Source: Alphaproteobacteria bacterium
GTDB taxonomy: Bacteria > Pseudomonadota > Alphaproteobacteria > UBA8366
Assembly (NCBI GenBank): GCA_965228425.1
Contig: OZ245815.1
Span: 4,621,234 to 4,685,233, forward strand
DNA length: 64,000 bases
Reading direction: 5' to 3'
Shown here: positions 9,257-19,580 of the stretch, piece by piece
Layout: each line of letters opens with the position of its first letter
Position numbering within the stretch: the stretch's first letter is position 1
Notes under the pieces: generated by a model
Told to the model about the DNA's origin: nothing
Seen by the model: only the letters and a program-made list of their open reading frames with translations
Database searches by the model: none
Made by a program: the position numbers and the translations under genes

Positions 9257-9607
9257 TTAGGTGAGTGACGCGCTGACGACGATCTCGACCAGTGTTTCGG
9301 GCGACCCCAAAACCGTACCGACCGTGGCACGGGTCGGCGGGTTGGCCGGATCGACCCACTCATGCCAGGCGTCGTTCATCTCACTCTTCTTGGACATGTC
9401 GGAGACATAAACCATCGCGGTCAACAGCTTCGACTTGTCCGTGCCGGCCTTCGCGAGATAGCCGTCGATTTTCTGAAGGACATTCGCGGTTTGATCTTTC
9501 ATCGACGCGGTCTGGTCGTCGGCCGTCAGGCCGCAGACGTAGACGACGCCGTTGTTCACCACGGCGCGGCTCATGGTCGGGTTCGGATCGATCCGTTCAA
9601 TGCTCAT
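9257..9607 (-). CDS. RidA/YjgF family deaminase
   Basis: 116 aa. The sequences VVNNGVVYVCGL and ...ATVGTVLGSPETLVEIVVSA are typical of the YjgF/RidA fold. Confidence 0.9.
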   Translation of the reverse strand: MSIERIDPNPTMSRAVVNNGVVYVCGLTADDQTASMKDQTANVLQKIDGYLAKAGTDKSKLLTAMVYVSDMSKKSEMNDAWHEWVDPANPPTRATVGTVLGSPETLVEIVVSASLT

Positions 9608-9654
9608 GCGGGTACTCCCTTAGTTTCTGGTTTGGTGGATAGAGTGATGATCGC

Positions 9655-10674
9655 TCACGCCGAGTCCCGCATCGCAAGGATATCGTCGTGGAGTTTCTTG
9701 GGGATCGTGATGCCTTCGCTCGGCGTGCGCTTGCGCGCCTCATAACGACGGTCCGACGGCAGGCGGGTTCCGCCCTGGCCGAGGATGCGCTCAAACAGCG
9801 GTTCCACATGGTCAAGCGACGCATCGGCATCGCCGTCGCCGACGAAGCGGGACGGATCCATCGCCATCAGCAACTCGCCCCCTTTCGCCGGCCCGCCGTC
9901 GCCCGGATCGTCGGCCGCCGCTTCGAATGCCAGATGGTTTCGCGGCAGACCGGCGGCCATCAATTCGACCATCAAGGCGATCGCCGACCCTTTGTAACCA
10001 CCGAACGGCAGTTGTGCGCCCGCCAGCCCGGCTTCCGGGTCCGTGGTCGGATTGCCGTCCGCATCGACCGCCCAGCCTTCGGGGATCGGTTTGCCGTCGC
10101 GCTTGTGGATCATGATCTCGCCGCGGGCGCTGGCGCTCGACGCCTGATCGAAGACCAGCGGCGGCCTGCCCTTGCGTGGCCAACCGAAGGACATGGGGTT
10201 GGTGCCGAAGATCGGCTCCGATCCGCCGGCAGGCGCCACGAAGCTGCGGGAGTTGACGAAGGCGAACGCGACAAGGCCGTCGGCGGCCAGCGCCTCCACC
10301 TCGAACCACAGGGCGGCGAAATGATGCGAATTGACGATCGGCATCGCTGCGATGCCCTGACTGCGCGCCTTCTCGACCAGCGGTGCCCGGCCAACCTGCA
10401 ACGCCAGCGGCGCGAAACCGCCCTTGGCATCGACCTGCACAACGGCGGGGGCTAATTCGTTGACCTCGGGAACCGATTTGCCGTCAATGCGGCCGTTCTT
10501 CAGCCCGATGCTGTATCCGGGTAGACGGAACAGGCCATGCGATTTGCAATCGTCGCGTTCCGCCGCGGTGATCACGTCGGCGACCGCCGTCGCGTTGTCA
10601 TCCGACGCACCCAAGGCCGTCAGCGTCTCCGTCGTAAGTTGATGCACCTCCTCGAGTGTCAATCGAACGTCCAT
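9655..10674 (-). CDS. Ldh2-family (malate/L-lactate dehydrogenase type 2) oxidoreductase
   Basis: Within ORF 9655..10929. The family N-terminus MDVRLTLEEVHQL...AAERDDCKSHGLFRLPGY starts at the ATG at 10674. The longer track ORF would overlap the next gene. Confidence 0.85.
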   Translation of the reverse strand: MDVRLTLEEVHQLTTETLTALGASDDNATAVADVITAAERDDCKSHGLFRLPGYSIGLKNGRIDGKSVPEVNELAPAVVQVDAKGGFAPLALQVGRAPLVEKARSQGIAAMPIVNSHHFAALWFEVEALAADGLVAFAFVNSRSFVAPAGGSEPIFGTNPMSFGWPRKGRPPLVFDQASSASARGEIMIHKRDGKPIPEGWAVDADGNPTTDPEAGLAGAQLPFGGYKGSAIALMVELMAAGLPRNHLAFEAAADDPGDGGPAKGGELLMAMDPSRFVGDGDADASLDHVEPLFERILGQGGTRLPSDRRYEARKRTPSEGITIPKKLHDDILAMRDSA

Positions 10675-10700
10675 CCCTGCCTCCCTGCTTTTTCTTTGAT

Positions 10701-13094
10701 CTATTGCGCCGTCTGTATAACGCGCCAAACCTTCTCCGCCGTCACGGGCATGTCCAGACCTGCGGTGTCGCAGTCCGATAGCGCATCCAGCACGGCGTTC
10801 ATGACCGCCGGCAATGCGGCCGTCGGACCGGACTCGCCGCAGCCTTTCACGCCCAGCGGATTGGTCTTGCAGAATGTTTCGGTCTGACCCCAATCGAACA
10901 TCGGCAGATGGGTCGCGCGCGGGATGCAATAATCCATGAAGGATCCGGTCAAGAGCTGTCCGCTGTCGCCGTCGTAGAGGCAGTCTTCATACATGATCTG
11001 GCCGATACCCTGCGCGATCCCGCCATGGAGCTGCCCTTGCAGCAGCATGGGGTTGATGACGGTACCGAAATCGCTGACCAGCGTGTAACGGACCACATCG
11101 ACCAAGCCGGTTTCCTCGTCCACCTCGACCTCGGCGACATGACAGCCGCAGGGGTAACTGTAGGCTTCGGCGTTGAAGTGATAGCTCGCCTCGAGACCAA
11201 GTCCGGCGCCCGACGGCATGACCGTCTCATCGTAGGACGCACGCGCCACCTCGGCGATCCCCACCGCCTGATCCGTCCCGGCAACCCGGAACATGCCGTG
11301 ATCGAACTCGATATCCTCGGCGTTCGACTGCAACAAACGCCCCGCGATCGCTTTTCCTTGTTCGACGATGTCACGGGACGCGTGATAGATGGCGGCGCCC
11401 ATCACGGTCGCCGTGCGCGACCCGCCGGAACCGGACCCGCGACCGACCCGGTCGGTATCGCCCTGCACGACGGTGATTTCGTCGCTCGGCACGCCCAACT
11501 GGCTCGCCGCGACCTGCGCGAAGGTGGTTTCGTGGCCCTGCCCATTGGTTTGCCCCGTGGACGTCACCGTCAGGTGGCCGCTCGGATCGAACTGCAACCC
11601 GGCGCGGTTGTCCTTGAATCCGTCCGGTTCGGTGTAGACGGAGAATCCGAAGCCGAGGCGCTTCCCGGCCGCGCGCGCGGCGGCGGACCGGGCGGCGAAA
11701 CCATCGCGATCCGCCTGAACCAGCGCCGCATCCAGGTTCTCCTGAAAATCGCCGCTGTCATAGACCAGGCCCGTCGGTGTCCGGTAGGGCAGGTCTTCCT
11801 CGCGGATGAGGTTGCGCCGGCGCAGGTCCGCGGGGTCGATGCCCGTCTCGCGCGCGGCCGCATCCACCAGCCGCTCGACCATGTAGCAGAATTCCGGTTT
11901 GCCCGCGCCACGATAGGCGGCGATCGATGCTGTGTTGGTGAACACGCATTGCGTTTCGGCATAGACCTTGTCGATGCGATAGACATTGGTCAGCATCCGC
12001 GTGCCGCCGCCGGTCGGGATCACCGGCCCCGACGCGGTGAGATACGCGCCCATGTTGGAAATCGTGCGGCACCGGAGCGCCAAGAATTTGCCGTCGGCAT
12101 CCATAGCCAGCGACGCATGCATGACATGGTCGCGCGCCTGACGGTCGGTCAGGAAACTATCGTCACGATCCGCATACCATTTCACCGGCCGGCCGAGCCG
12201 CTTTGCCGCCCAGCAGACCAGGATCTGTTCCGAATAGATGTAGTTCTTGATGCCGAAGCCACCGCCGACATCCGGCGTGACCACGCGGATACTCGCGGCC
12301 GGCACGCCAAGCCCTTTTCCGGCAAGGCCCGACTGGATTGCCGTGCCGCCGCCGGTCGGCGTGTAGATCGTATAGCGGTCGCCCGCCGGGTCATGCACGC
12401 CAAGCGCGCCGCGCGGCTCCAACGCGGCGACCACGATGCGGTTATGCACCAAATCCACAGTCGTGACGTGGTGCGCCTGGGAAAAGGCGTCTTCGACGGC
12501 GGCCTTGTCGCCCATCTCCCAATCGAGGGCGACGTTCGACGGCAAGTCGTCCCAAACCTTCGGCGATTGCGGGTCCAGCGCATCGACCCCGGCGGTCACG
12601 CACGGCAATTCCTGCCAATCGACCGCGACCGCCTCCGCCGCGGCCTGGGCGGCGGCGCGGGTGTCGGCAACCACCATGGCGACGGTGTCGCCGACATGGC
12701 GCGCCTTGTCGGTCGGCATAGCGGGCTGCGGCGGATTGTGGATCGGCGTGCCATCTTTCCCGGACGGGGACGCCGGCGCCTGCATCAATCCGATCCCGTC
12801 GGCGGCGAGATCGGCCCCCGTCAGAACCGCGACGACGCCCGGCATCGATGCGGCCGCGGCGGTGTCGATACCGCCGATCCGCGCATGGCCATAGGGCGAC
12901 CGCACGAAACTCGCATGGAGTTGTCCCGCAAGGTCGATATCGTCGATGAACCGGCCTCGTCCGGTCAGCAACGCGGCATCCTCGCGGCGCGGCACCGAAG
13001 CGCCAATTCCATCGCCTGTATTGCTGGCGCCACCCGAATGCGCGCCGTTTCCACCATCCTGCATTTTGTGCTTGGTCCGGTTTTTCGGTATCAC
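10701..13094 (-). CDS. xanthine dehydrogenase/aldehyde oxidase family molybdopterin-binding large subunit
   Basis: 797 aa. The N-terminal GASVPRREDAALLTGRGRFIDD signature and the size are typical of CoxL/XdhB-like subunits. The start could instead be 13064. Confidence 0.9.
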   Translation of the reverse strand: MIPKNRTKHKMQDGGNGAHSGGASNTGDGIGASVPRREDAALLTGRGRFIDDIDLAGQLHASFVRSPYGHARIGGIDTAAAASMPGVVAVLTGADLAADGIGLMQAPASPSGKDGTPIHNPPQPAMPTDKARHVGDTVAMVVADTRAAAQAAAEAVAVDWQELPCVTAGVDALDPQSPKVWDDLPSNVALDWEMGDKAAVEDAFSQAHHVTTVDLVHNRIVVAALEPRGALGVHDPAGDRYTIYTPTGGGTAIQSGLAGKGLGVPAASIRVVTPDVGGGFGIKNYIYSEQILVCWAAKRLGRPVKWYADRDDSFLTDRQARDHVMHASLAMDADGKFLALRCRTISNMGAYLTASGPVIPTGGGTRMLTNVYRIDKVYAETQCVFTNTASIAAYRGAGKPEFCYMVERLVDAAARETGIDPADLRRRNLIREEDLPYRTPTGLVYDSGDFQENLDAALVQADRDGFAARSAAARAAGKRLGFGFSVYTEPDGFKDNRAGLQFDPSGHLTVTSTGQTNGQGHETTFAQVAASQLGVPSDEITVVQGDTDRVGRGSGSGGSRTATVMGAAIYHASRDIVEQGKAIAGRLLQSNAEDIEFDHGMFRVAGTDQAVGIAEVARASYDETVMPSGAGLGLEASYHFNAEAYSYPCGCHVAEVEVDEETGLVDVVRYTLVSDFGTVINPMLLQGQLHGGIAQGIGQIMYEDCLYDGDSGQLLTGSFMDYCIPRATHLPMFDWGQTETFCKTNPLGVKGCGESGPTAALPAVMNAVLDALSDCDTAGLDMPVTAEKVWRVIQTAQ

Positions 13095-13191
13095 TGAGCC
13101 AGAACTTTAACACACTCTTCCGCCAGCGCACGGCGATGAATCACATGGAGACGCGAGCGACGGCATACCGTTCGCGCAGGGAGAAAATTTC

Positions 13192-14826
13192 ATGCACGGT
13201 GGTGAAATTGTCGTCGAAACGTGGCTGTCACGCGGTGTCGATACCGTCTTCTTCGTCCCCGGCGGCACGAACGTGACGGTGCTGGAAGCGCTCAGCCGGA
13301 ACCAGAACAAGATCCGGTCGGTGCCGACCCGCCTCGAATCCTCCGCGGTCTTCGCCGCCGACGCCTATAGCGCGATCCGAAAGAAACCCGCCTGCGTCGT
13401 CTGCAGCCGGGCGCCCGGCGCCACCAACGCCTCGATCGGCATTCACACCGCAATGCAGGCATCGCGGCCGGTCGTCCTGTTCATCACCAATATTCCCCGC
13501 CGGATGAAAGGCCGCGAAGCGTTCCAGGAAATCAACTATCCGGAAATGTACGCGCCGATCGCGAAGGCGGTGATCGACGTCAATTCCCTCGACGAACTCG
13601 CCGGCGATGTGGCCCGGGCGCTGGATATTTCGATCTCCGGCCGGCCCGGCCCCGTCGTGGTCGCCATCTCGAAGGATATCCTCGACGAGAAAGCGGACGA
13701 CCCCCTCATTCCGAAACCGGCTGCCCCGGTCCGGGTGGGTCCGGATCCGCTGGCGGTCGACCGGGCCGCTCGCCTGATCGAATCGTCGAAGCACCCGATC
13801 ATCCTGGCCGGCGAGATGGTCGGCTTCGAGAGCGCCAATGAGGAATTGGAAAAATTCGCGGATGCGACCGGCGCGGGCGTGCTGACCGCCTACCGCCAAC
13901 AGGATTCGATCCGCGCGGATCATCCGGCTCATTTCGGGCACCTTTCGATCAACCGTCTGCCCTTCCAGGAACAAGCGTTGAAGGAGTCGGATCTGATCAT
14001 CGCGGTCGGCAGCCGCCTCGACAGCGTGACGACCGCCGACTACACGATGCTGCGGCCGGACCAGAAACTGGTCATGATCTATCCGGACCCGTCCGCCTTC
14101 GCGCAGTGGCAGGCCGATGCGGCGTTGGGCTCCAACGTCATCCCGGCGATGGAAGCGATCGCCAACGCCCTGTCCGCCCCGCCGCCGCCCGACCGCATCG
14201 CCTGGCGTGACAAAGTCCATCAAGAAGAAGTGGACTTCGCGAAGCCCGGTGAGATCGAGGTTCAGGGCGACATCGACATGGCCCAGGTCATCGAGCATTT
14301 CAACAAATCGGTCCCGAAGGAATCCGTGATGGTATCCGACGCCGGTACGTTCGGGCGATGGATCACCCGTTATTACCGGTTTAACGAACCGAATACCGAA
14401 CTCTCACCGGTCAGCGGCGCGATGGGCTATGGCGTGCCCGGCGGGATCGGCGCCCAGGTGGCCAATCCGGACGATCCGGTATTCGTCTGGGTCGGCGACG
14501 GCGGGTTCCTGATGACCGGCAACGAATGCGCCGTCATCGCGCAGGAAAAGCTGCCGGTGAAACTGATCGTCTGCGACAACAACTGCTGGGGTTCGATCCT
14601 CGTCCATCAGCAAAAAACGTTCGAGGGCTGGGATTTCGGCACCCGGCTGGAAAGCCCCGACTTCGCGGCGATCGGCCGCGGCTTCGGGATGCCGGCCTGG
14701 ACGGTTTCGAAGACCGAAGACTTCGCCGGCGCCTTGGAAGAGATGATGGCGGTCGACGGTCCCGCGATGCTGCACCTGTTGCAGGATATGCGCGACGTTT
14801 CGCCCTATTCCGGCAGCGCCCGTTAG
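13192..14826 (+). CDS. thiamine-pyrophosphate-dependent enzyme (acetolactate synthase large-subunit-like)
   Basis: 544 aa. It has N-terminal GVDTVFFVPGG and the TPP-binding motif VGDGGFLMTGNE...CDNNCWG. Confidence 0.9.
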   Translation: MHGGEIVVETWLSRGVDTVFFVPGGTNVTVLEALSRNQNKIRSVPTRLESSAVFAADAYSAIRKKPACVVCSRAPGATNASIGIHTAMQASRPVVLFITNIPRRMKGREAFQEINYPEMYAPIAKAVIDVNSLDELAGDVARALDISISGRPGPVVVAISKDILDEKADDPLIPKPAAPVRVGPDPLAVDRAARLIESSKHPIILAGEMVGFESANEELEKFADATGAGVLTAYRQQDSIRADHPAHFGHLSINRLPFQEQALKESDLIIAVGSRLDSVTTADYTMLRPDQKLVMIYPDPSAFAQWQADAALGSNVIPAMEAIANALSAPPPPDRIAWRDKVHQEEVDFAKPGEIEVQGDIDMAQVIEHFNKSVPKESVMVSDAGTFGRWITRYYRFNEPNTELSPVSGAMGYGVPGGIGAQVANPDDPVFVWVGDGGFLMTGNECAVIAQEKLPVKLIVCDNNCWGSILVHQQKTFEGWDFGTRLESPDFAAIGRGFGMPAWTVSKTEDFAGALEEMMAVDGPAMLHLLQDMRDVSPYSGSAR

Positions 14827-14835
14827 CCGGGGGCG

Positions 14836-16065
14836 TTAGGCCGCCTTCTGCGCGTCCTGCCAGTCCCGGACCAGATCGAGCACGCGGTCCACGTCTTCCT
14901 CGGTGTTATAGAAGTGGAGCGCGAAGCGCAGCATGCCGCGCCGCACGGTGAGGACCACGTTGTTCTCGGTCAGATAGTTGTACAGCGCGTCGGTATCGGC
15001 ATCGCCGGCGCCATCATGCGTGTCCTGCGTGTACTGTCCGGCGGTCACGATATGCGCCAGATGCGGACCCGGCGGGCCGCCGCTGACCGGTAGACCCAGT
15101 TGATGCAGCCCGGCGGCGAGCCGATGCGACAGGCCACAGACATAGGACTCGATCGCCGCCGGCCCGACCGCCAACAACAGGTCGAGCGCCGGCTCCACCA
15201 TCGCCGCTGCCGGGAAATTGTAATTGCCCAGGTCGAAGCGCCGCGCGCCCGGCATTAGGGCATAGCTGTCACCGCCCATCGTCGCCTCATGCGTGCCCTC
15301 GCCCAGATCGACGCTGAACCGCGCGAGAGCCGCCGGCGTGATCTTTTCCGCCCATTCGCGGCGGCAATAGATAAAGCCCATGCCGTACAGGCCAAGCAGC
15401 GCTTTCTGCGTCGACACGGCGAGAGCATCCACCTTCAGCGCCTGCACGTCGGTCTCCACGATGCCGACCGACTGCACGCCGTCCACCAACAGGAACACGC
15501 CGCGTTCCCGGCAAACCGCCCCCAACTTTGCGACATCGGTCCGGAACCCGGGGGCAAAGGTTACCGTCGCCACGGTGACAAGCCGGGTCCGGTCGTCCAT
15601 CGCGGCGATAATGCCGTCCACGTCGATGAAGCCGTCGCGGTCGGCGATGTCGCGAATCTCGACACCCTTGGTCCGACCCAAGTTAAGCCACGGGTAAATA
15701 TTGTTTGGGTGCTCCAAGTTGCGGCACAAAACCACGTTGTCGCCCTCGGCCAGCAGCACCGACGCCGCGATCATGTTCAATCCGTCGGAGACATTCTTCG
15801 TGAAGGCGATCTCGTCGCTGTCGGCGTTGATCAGCCGGGCGTATTTCTCGCGCACGCGCTCGATCATGTCGAAGTTGGCGGCCTTGTCGACACGCCCGTC
15901 GGTGAGCTTGTCGAGATAGGCGTCGAGCGCGGCCCGCGACTCGCGGCACGGCAACCCGCGCGCGGCCGCGTTCATGTAGACCTTGTCCTGCGCACCGGGA
16001 AAACTTTCGCGGATCGCCGCAAAGTCAGCGGGCGCGCCGCCCGTCGACACTCTGGCCTGCGACAT
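14836..16065 (-). CDS. class V aminotransferase-fold PLP enzyme (cysteine desulfurase/lyase-like)
   Basis: 409 aa with VYMNAAARG at the N-terminus, LLVDGVQSVG, and a STQKALLG lysine region. Confidence 0.85.
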   Translation of the reverse strand: MSQARVSTGGAPADFAAIRESFPGAQDKVYMNAAARGLPCRESRAALDAYLDKLTDGRVDKAANFDMIERVREKYARLINADSDEIAFTKNVSDGLNMIAASVLLAEGDNVVLCRNLEHPNNIYPWLNLGRTKGVEIRDIADRDGFIDVDGIIAAMDDRTRLVTVATVTFAPGFRTDVAKLGAVCRERGVFLLVDGVQSVGIVETDVQALKVDALAVSTQKALLGLYGMGFIYCRREWAEKITPAALARFSVDLGEGTHEATMGGDSYALMPGARRFDLGNYNFPAAAMVEPALDLLLAVGPAAIESYVCGLSHRLAAGLHQLGLPVSGGPPGPHLAHIVTAGQYTQDTHDGAGDADTDALYNYLTENNVVLTVRRGMLRFALHFYNTEEDVDRVLDLVRDWQDAQKAA

Positions 16066-16378
16066 GGTCGTTCCTTTTCGAGATTACGATTGAATCCGTT
16101 GAACCGGAAGCGTAGCGCCATCGTCCAGCCGCCGCAATTACGCAGAGATTGCGTTTCAATCGAGCATGACAACCACGTTGCGAATCGGATGACACAATCG
16201 AGGCAGTTCGCAATATCTATCGCACATCCTGCCGTCCCCCTCTCTCGCTTGCCCAGCAGGCCCTTATCGCCAGGCCGAGTAGCCTTACTTGACCGTCTCG
16301 GGGTGCGCTTGTATTAGCTTTCGTCATATTTCCGTAACAATCAGCGTCAGTCCGATCGCATTATTTGGTTCCAAATCG

Positions 16379-16846
16379 GTGCAGCAGGTTGCCGCGCTGC
16401 CCTTTGTCCCCACCGACAACGCGATTGACGTGCTGTTGATAACGTCACGTCGGCGCAAGCGGTGGATCCTCCCAAAGGGCTGGCCGGTCAAGAATCTCTC
16501 ATTGCCGGAATCGGCGGCCAAAGAAGCATCCGAAGAAGCCGGCGTGCTTGGCCCGGTCCGGACCGATGCCGTCGGCAGCTACAGTTATTCCAAGAATACA
16601 AAGCCCGGTTATCCAGTGACGTGTCAGGTATTCATCTATCCGCTGTTGGTGACGCAACACCGGTTGGCATGGCGCGAACAATCGCAACGGTCGTTCAAAT
16701 GGCTCTCGCTATCGGACGCCGCAGAGCATGTCGACGAGGACGGCGTCGGCAAGGTTCTCGAAGATCTCGCCGATACCGACGGCTCCAGCCTGCACGCCTT
16801 CGTCGCGGAAACAATGACGTCCAACCGCACGCCGACACCAGTCTGA
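16379..16846 (+). CDS. NUDIX hydrolase
   Basis: ORF 16289..16846. The Nudix box is GWPVKNLSLPESAAKEASEEAGV. There is no in-frame ATG, so the candidate starts are the GTG at 16379 (VQQVAALPF...) or the TTG at 16289. Confidence 0.7.
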   Translation: MQQVAALPFVPTDNAIDVLLITSRRRKRWILPKGWPVKNLSLPESAAKEASEEAGVLGPVRTDAVGSYSYSKNTKPGYPVTCQVFIYPLLVTQHRLAWREQSQRSFKWLSLSDAAEHVDEDGVGKVLEDLADTDGSSLHAFVAETMTSNRTPTPV

Positions 16847-16855
16847 CGAGACATC

Positions 16856-18340
16856 ATGGACCTGACGAAACAATCGCTCGACAAAGATCTCGAAAAACTG
16901 GTCCATGTCGAAGCGGCGACGCGCGTGACCGCCCACAGCGTCCGGTCCCACGGCTTCGCCTTCCTCTTCCTCGGCGTCACGGCTCTGATCGCCAGCATTT
17001 ATTCCGGCGTCACGTCGGACGCGGCCCTCGTGGTCTTCGCCGCGATCCTCGGCGGATATATGGCGCTCAACATCGGCGCCAACGATGTCGCCAACAATGT
17101 CGGCCCCGCGGTCGGCGCGCGGGCCCTCACCCTCGTCGGCGCGCTCGTCATCGCAGCGATCTTCGAGAGCGCCGGCGCATTGATCGCCGGCGGCGACGTC
17201 GTCAAGACGATTTCGAAAGGCATCATCGATCCGTCTATGGTGAAGGACGATTCCGTATTCATCTGGGCGATGATGGCGGCGCTCATCTCGTCGGCGGTCT
17301 GGGTCAATATCGCGACCTATATCGGCGCGCCGGTCTCAACGACCCATGCCGTGGTCGGCGGGGTCATGGGCGCGGGGATCGCCGCCGTGGGGTTCCAACT
17401 CGTCAACTGGGCCACGATGGGCGCCATTGCCGCGAGCTGGGTCATCTCGCCGTTGCTGGGGGGCGTGATCGCCGCCGGGTTTCTGGCCTTCATCAAGGTC
17501 AACCTGATCTACCAGTCGGACAAGATCGCGGCGGCGCGGCGTTGGGTCCCTCTGTTGGTGGCGATCATGGCGGGCGCCTTCGGATGTTACCTCTCGATCA
17601 AAGGATTCAAACGCATCTGGCGGCCCGATGCGGCGACGGTCGCCCTGGTCGGGATCGCGATCTTCTTCGCTGTATGGGCAGTCATGCGACCATTGATCCG
17701 GCGCCAATCCGAGGGGATGGAGAATCGCAACCAGTCCCTCCGCACGCTGTTCCGCATTCCGCTGATCTGCTCCGCCGCCTTACTGTCCTTCGCGCATGGC
17801 GCAAACGACGTGGCGAACGCCATCGGCCCCTTGGCGGCCATTCTGCACAGCGCGCAATTCGGTGACATCGCCACGAAAGTCGCGATCCCGGTCTGGGTCA
17901 TGTTGATCGGCGCGTTCGGGATAAGCCTCGGCCTGTTTCTCTATGGCCCCAAGCTGATCCGCATGGTCGGCGCGCAGATCACCAAGATGAACCCGATGCG
18001 CGCCTATTGCGTCGCCTTGTCCGCCGCGATCACCGTGATCATCGCATCATGGCTCGGCCTGCCGGTCAGTTCGACGCATATCGCGGTCGGTGCGGTCTTC
18101 GGTGTCGGATTCTTCCGCGAGTACTATACCAAGCACAGCAAACGCCGCCGTGCGATGGTTCAGCCGCGCCGCGGCACCGACGAAAACGGCGTACCGAAAC
18201 TGGGGGTCGAAGAGCTGCGGCACCGCAAACTGGTACGGCGCGCGCATTTCCTGACTATCGTTGCCGCCTGGGTGATTACGGTGCCGGCGACTGCCCTGCT
18301 GTCCGCCGGCGTATTCTACGCCCTCAGCTTTATCGAATGA
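16856..18340 (+). CDS. PiT-family inorganic phosphate transporter
   Basis: The GANDVAN signature occurs twice (N- and C-terminal halves), in a polytopic membrane protein. Confidence 0.9.
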   Translation: MDLTKQSLDKDLEKLVHVEAATRVTAHSVRSHGFAFLFLGVTALIASIYSGVTSDAALVVFAAILGGYMALNIGANDVANNVGPAVGARALTLVGALVIAAIFESAGALIAGGDVVKTISKGIIDPSMVKDDSVFIWAMMAALISSAVWVNIATYIGAPVSTTHAVVGGVMGAGIAAVGFQLVNWATMGAIAASWVISPLLGGVIAAGFLAFIKVNLIYQSDKIAAARRWVPLLVAIMAGAFGCYLSIKGFKRIWRPDAATVALVGIAIFFAVWAVMRPLIRRQSEGMENRNQSLRTLFRIPLICSAALLSFAHGANDVANAIGPLAAILHSAQFGDIATKVAIPVWVMLIGAFGISLGLFLYGPKLIRMVGAQITKMNPMRAYCVALSAAITVIIASWLGLPVSSTHIAVGAVFGVGFFREYYTKHSKRRRAMVQPRRGTDENGVPKLGVEELRHRKLVRRAHFLTIVAAWVITVPATALLSAGVFYALSFIE

Positions 18341-18344
18341 CCGC

Positions 18345-19469
18345 ATGACCAGCACATCGGGAAGCTGGCGCGCCGTCGTGACCGCTTCATCCGTGCTCTC
18401 GCTCGCGTTGCTCGGCGACGCATTGATCTATGCCGTGCTGCCGGTCTACGCCGCATCTTTCGGCGTCAGCCTCGCGATGGTCGGCATTCTTCTCTCGGCC
18501 AACCGGTTCGTCCGCGTCTTCGCCTATGGCGCGGTCGCCAGGCTGACGTACAAGGTGGGCAGCCGCCGCATGTGCATTGTGGCGGCGGTTTTGGCCGTCG
18601 TCTCCACCGCGACCTACGGCATCGGCCAAGGGTTCTGGGTCTTGCTCATCGGCCGCGCCCTCTGGGGCGTGACCTACGCCATCCTGCTGCTGGTCACGCT
18701 CGACTACGCGGTCGAGTTCCGCAAGCAGGCCGGCACGCGCGTGGGGGTCAGCGTCGCGATACAGCGGACCGGCCCCATCATCGCCCTATTGGGCGGCGCA
18801 TGGCTGACCGGGCTGATCGGGCCAACCGACGTGTTCCTCGTGCTGGCGGGCGTGTCGGTACTGGCCATCCCGCTGGCCATGAGCCTTCCGGCCCGGCGCG
18901 AAGGCGAGCAACAACAGACCCCGCCCAAACGCCTCGGCCGGCCCTATCCGGTGGATCTGGTATTCTTCCTGTTGGGGTTCGGCGTCGACGGCGTCTTCGC
19001 CATCAGCATTGCCCTGATCTTCGCGCAGGATTCCTCCGCCGCGGTCGCCGTGATGTCCGGCGGCGCAATCCTGGCGATGCGGCATCTCGCCGGCGCGGTG
19101 GCGGCACCGGTATTCGGATGGGCAGCCGACCGGTTCGGAACACGCCGCGTGTTCATCACGTCCGCCGTCTTGACGATCGCCGGCTTCGCCTGTATCGCCA
19201 CCGGTTTCACCGTGATTGGCGCCGTCGCTATGCTGGTCTTCCGGGGGGCGTTGGCCTCGCTGGGCCCCGCGATCATCGTGGACGGGCTCGCCGAAGACGA
19301 CGCGGCAATCGGCCCGCTCGCGCGTATGCAAGCATGGCGCGATCTCGGCGCGGCGATTGGCCCGCTGACCACCGGGTTCGCCCTCACTTTCGTTTCGGCG
19401 CAACTCCTTCACGGCGTTGTCGCCGCGATGCTCGTACTCGGTCTGCTCTATTGGATGCGAGCGCGCTGA
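18345..19469 (+). CDS. MFS transporter
   Basis: 374 aa with about 12 hydrophobic segments, starting 4 nt after the PiT gene. Confidence 0.8.
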   Translation: MTSTSGSWRAVVTASSVLSLALLGDALIYAVLPVYAASFGVSLAMVGILLSANRFVRVFAYGAVARLTYKVGSRRMCIVAAVLAVVSTATYGIGQGFWVLLIGRALWGVTYAILLLVTLDYAVEFRKQAGTRVGVSVAIQRTGPIIALLGGAWLTGLIGPTDVFLVLAGVSVLAIPLAMSLPARREGEQQQTPPKRLGRPYPVDLVFFLLGFGVDGVFAISIALIFAQDSSAAVAVMSGGAILAMRHLAGAVAAPVFGWAADRFGTRRVFITSAVLTIAGFACIATGFTVIGAVAMLVFRGALASLGPAIIVDGLAEDDAAIGPLARMQAWRDLGAAIGPLTTGFALTFVSAQLLHGVVAAMLVLGLLYWMRAR

Positions 19470-19580
19470 CAGTCGCCTTACGGACTCTACCGCCACAGGA
19501 CGTGCTTTTCGGGCCGTATGTTGGTATGAGCGAAGGCGCACCGTGACCGAAACCCAATGCGAACAAGTAGAAGGCCAGTG

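Noticed and set aside
10675-10929. 85-aa N-terminal extension of the Ldh2-family ORF
   Set aside because: It would overlap the 3-prime end of the molybdopterin hydroxylase gene by about 230 nt. The family-typical N-terminus starts at the ATG at 10674.
10908-13097. 729-aa plus-strand ORF
   Set aside because: It is antisense to the well-supported molybdopterin hydroxylase gene. It is Arg/His/Gly-rich with no family motifs, a GC-driven open frame.
16462-17865. 467-aa Arg-rich plus-strand ORF
   Set aside because: It is an alternative frame across the NUDIX and PiT genes. The PiT frame has duplicated GANDVAN signatures and this frame has none.
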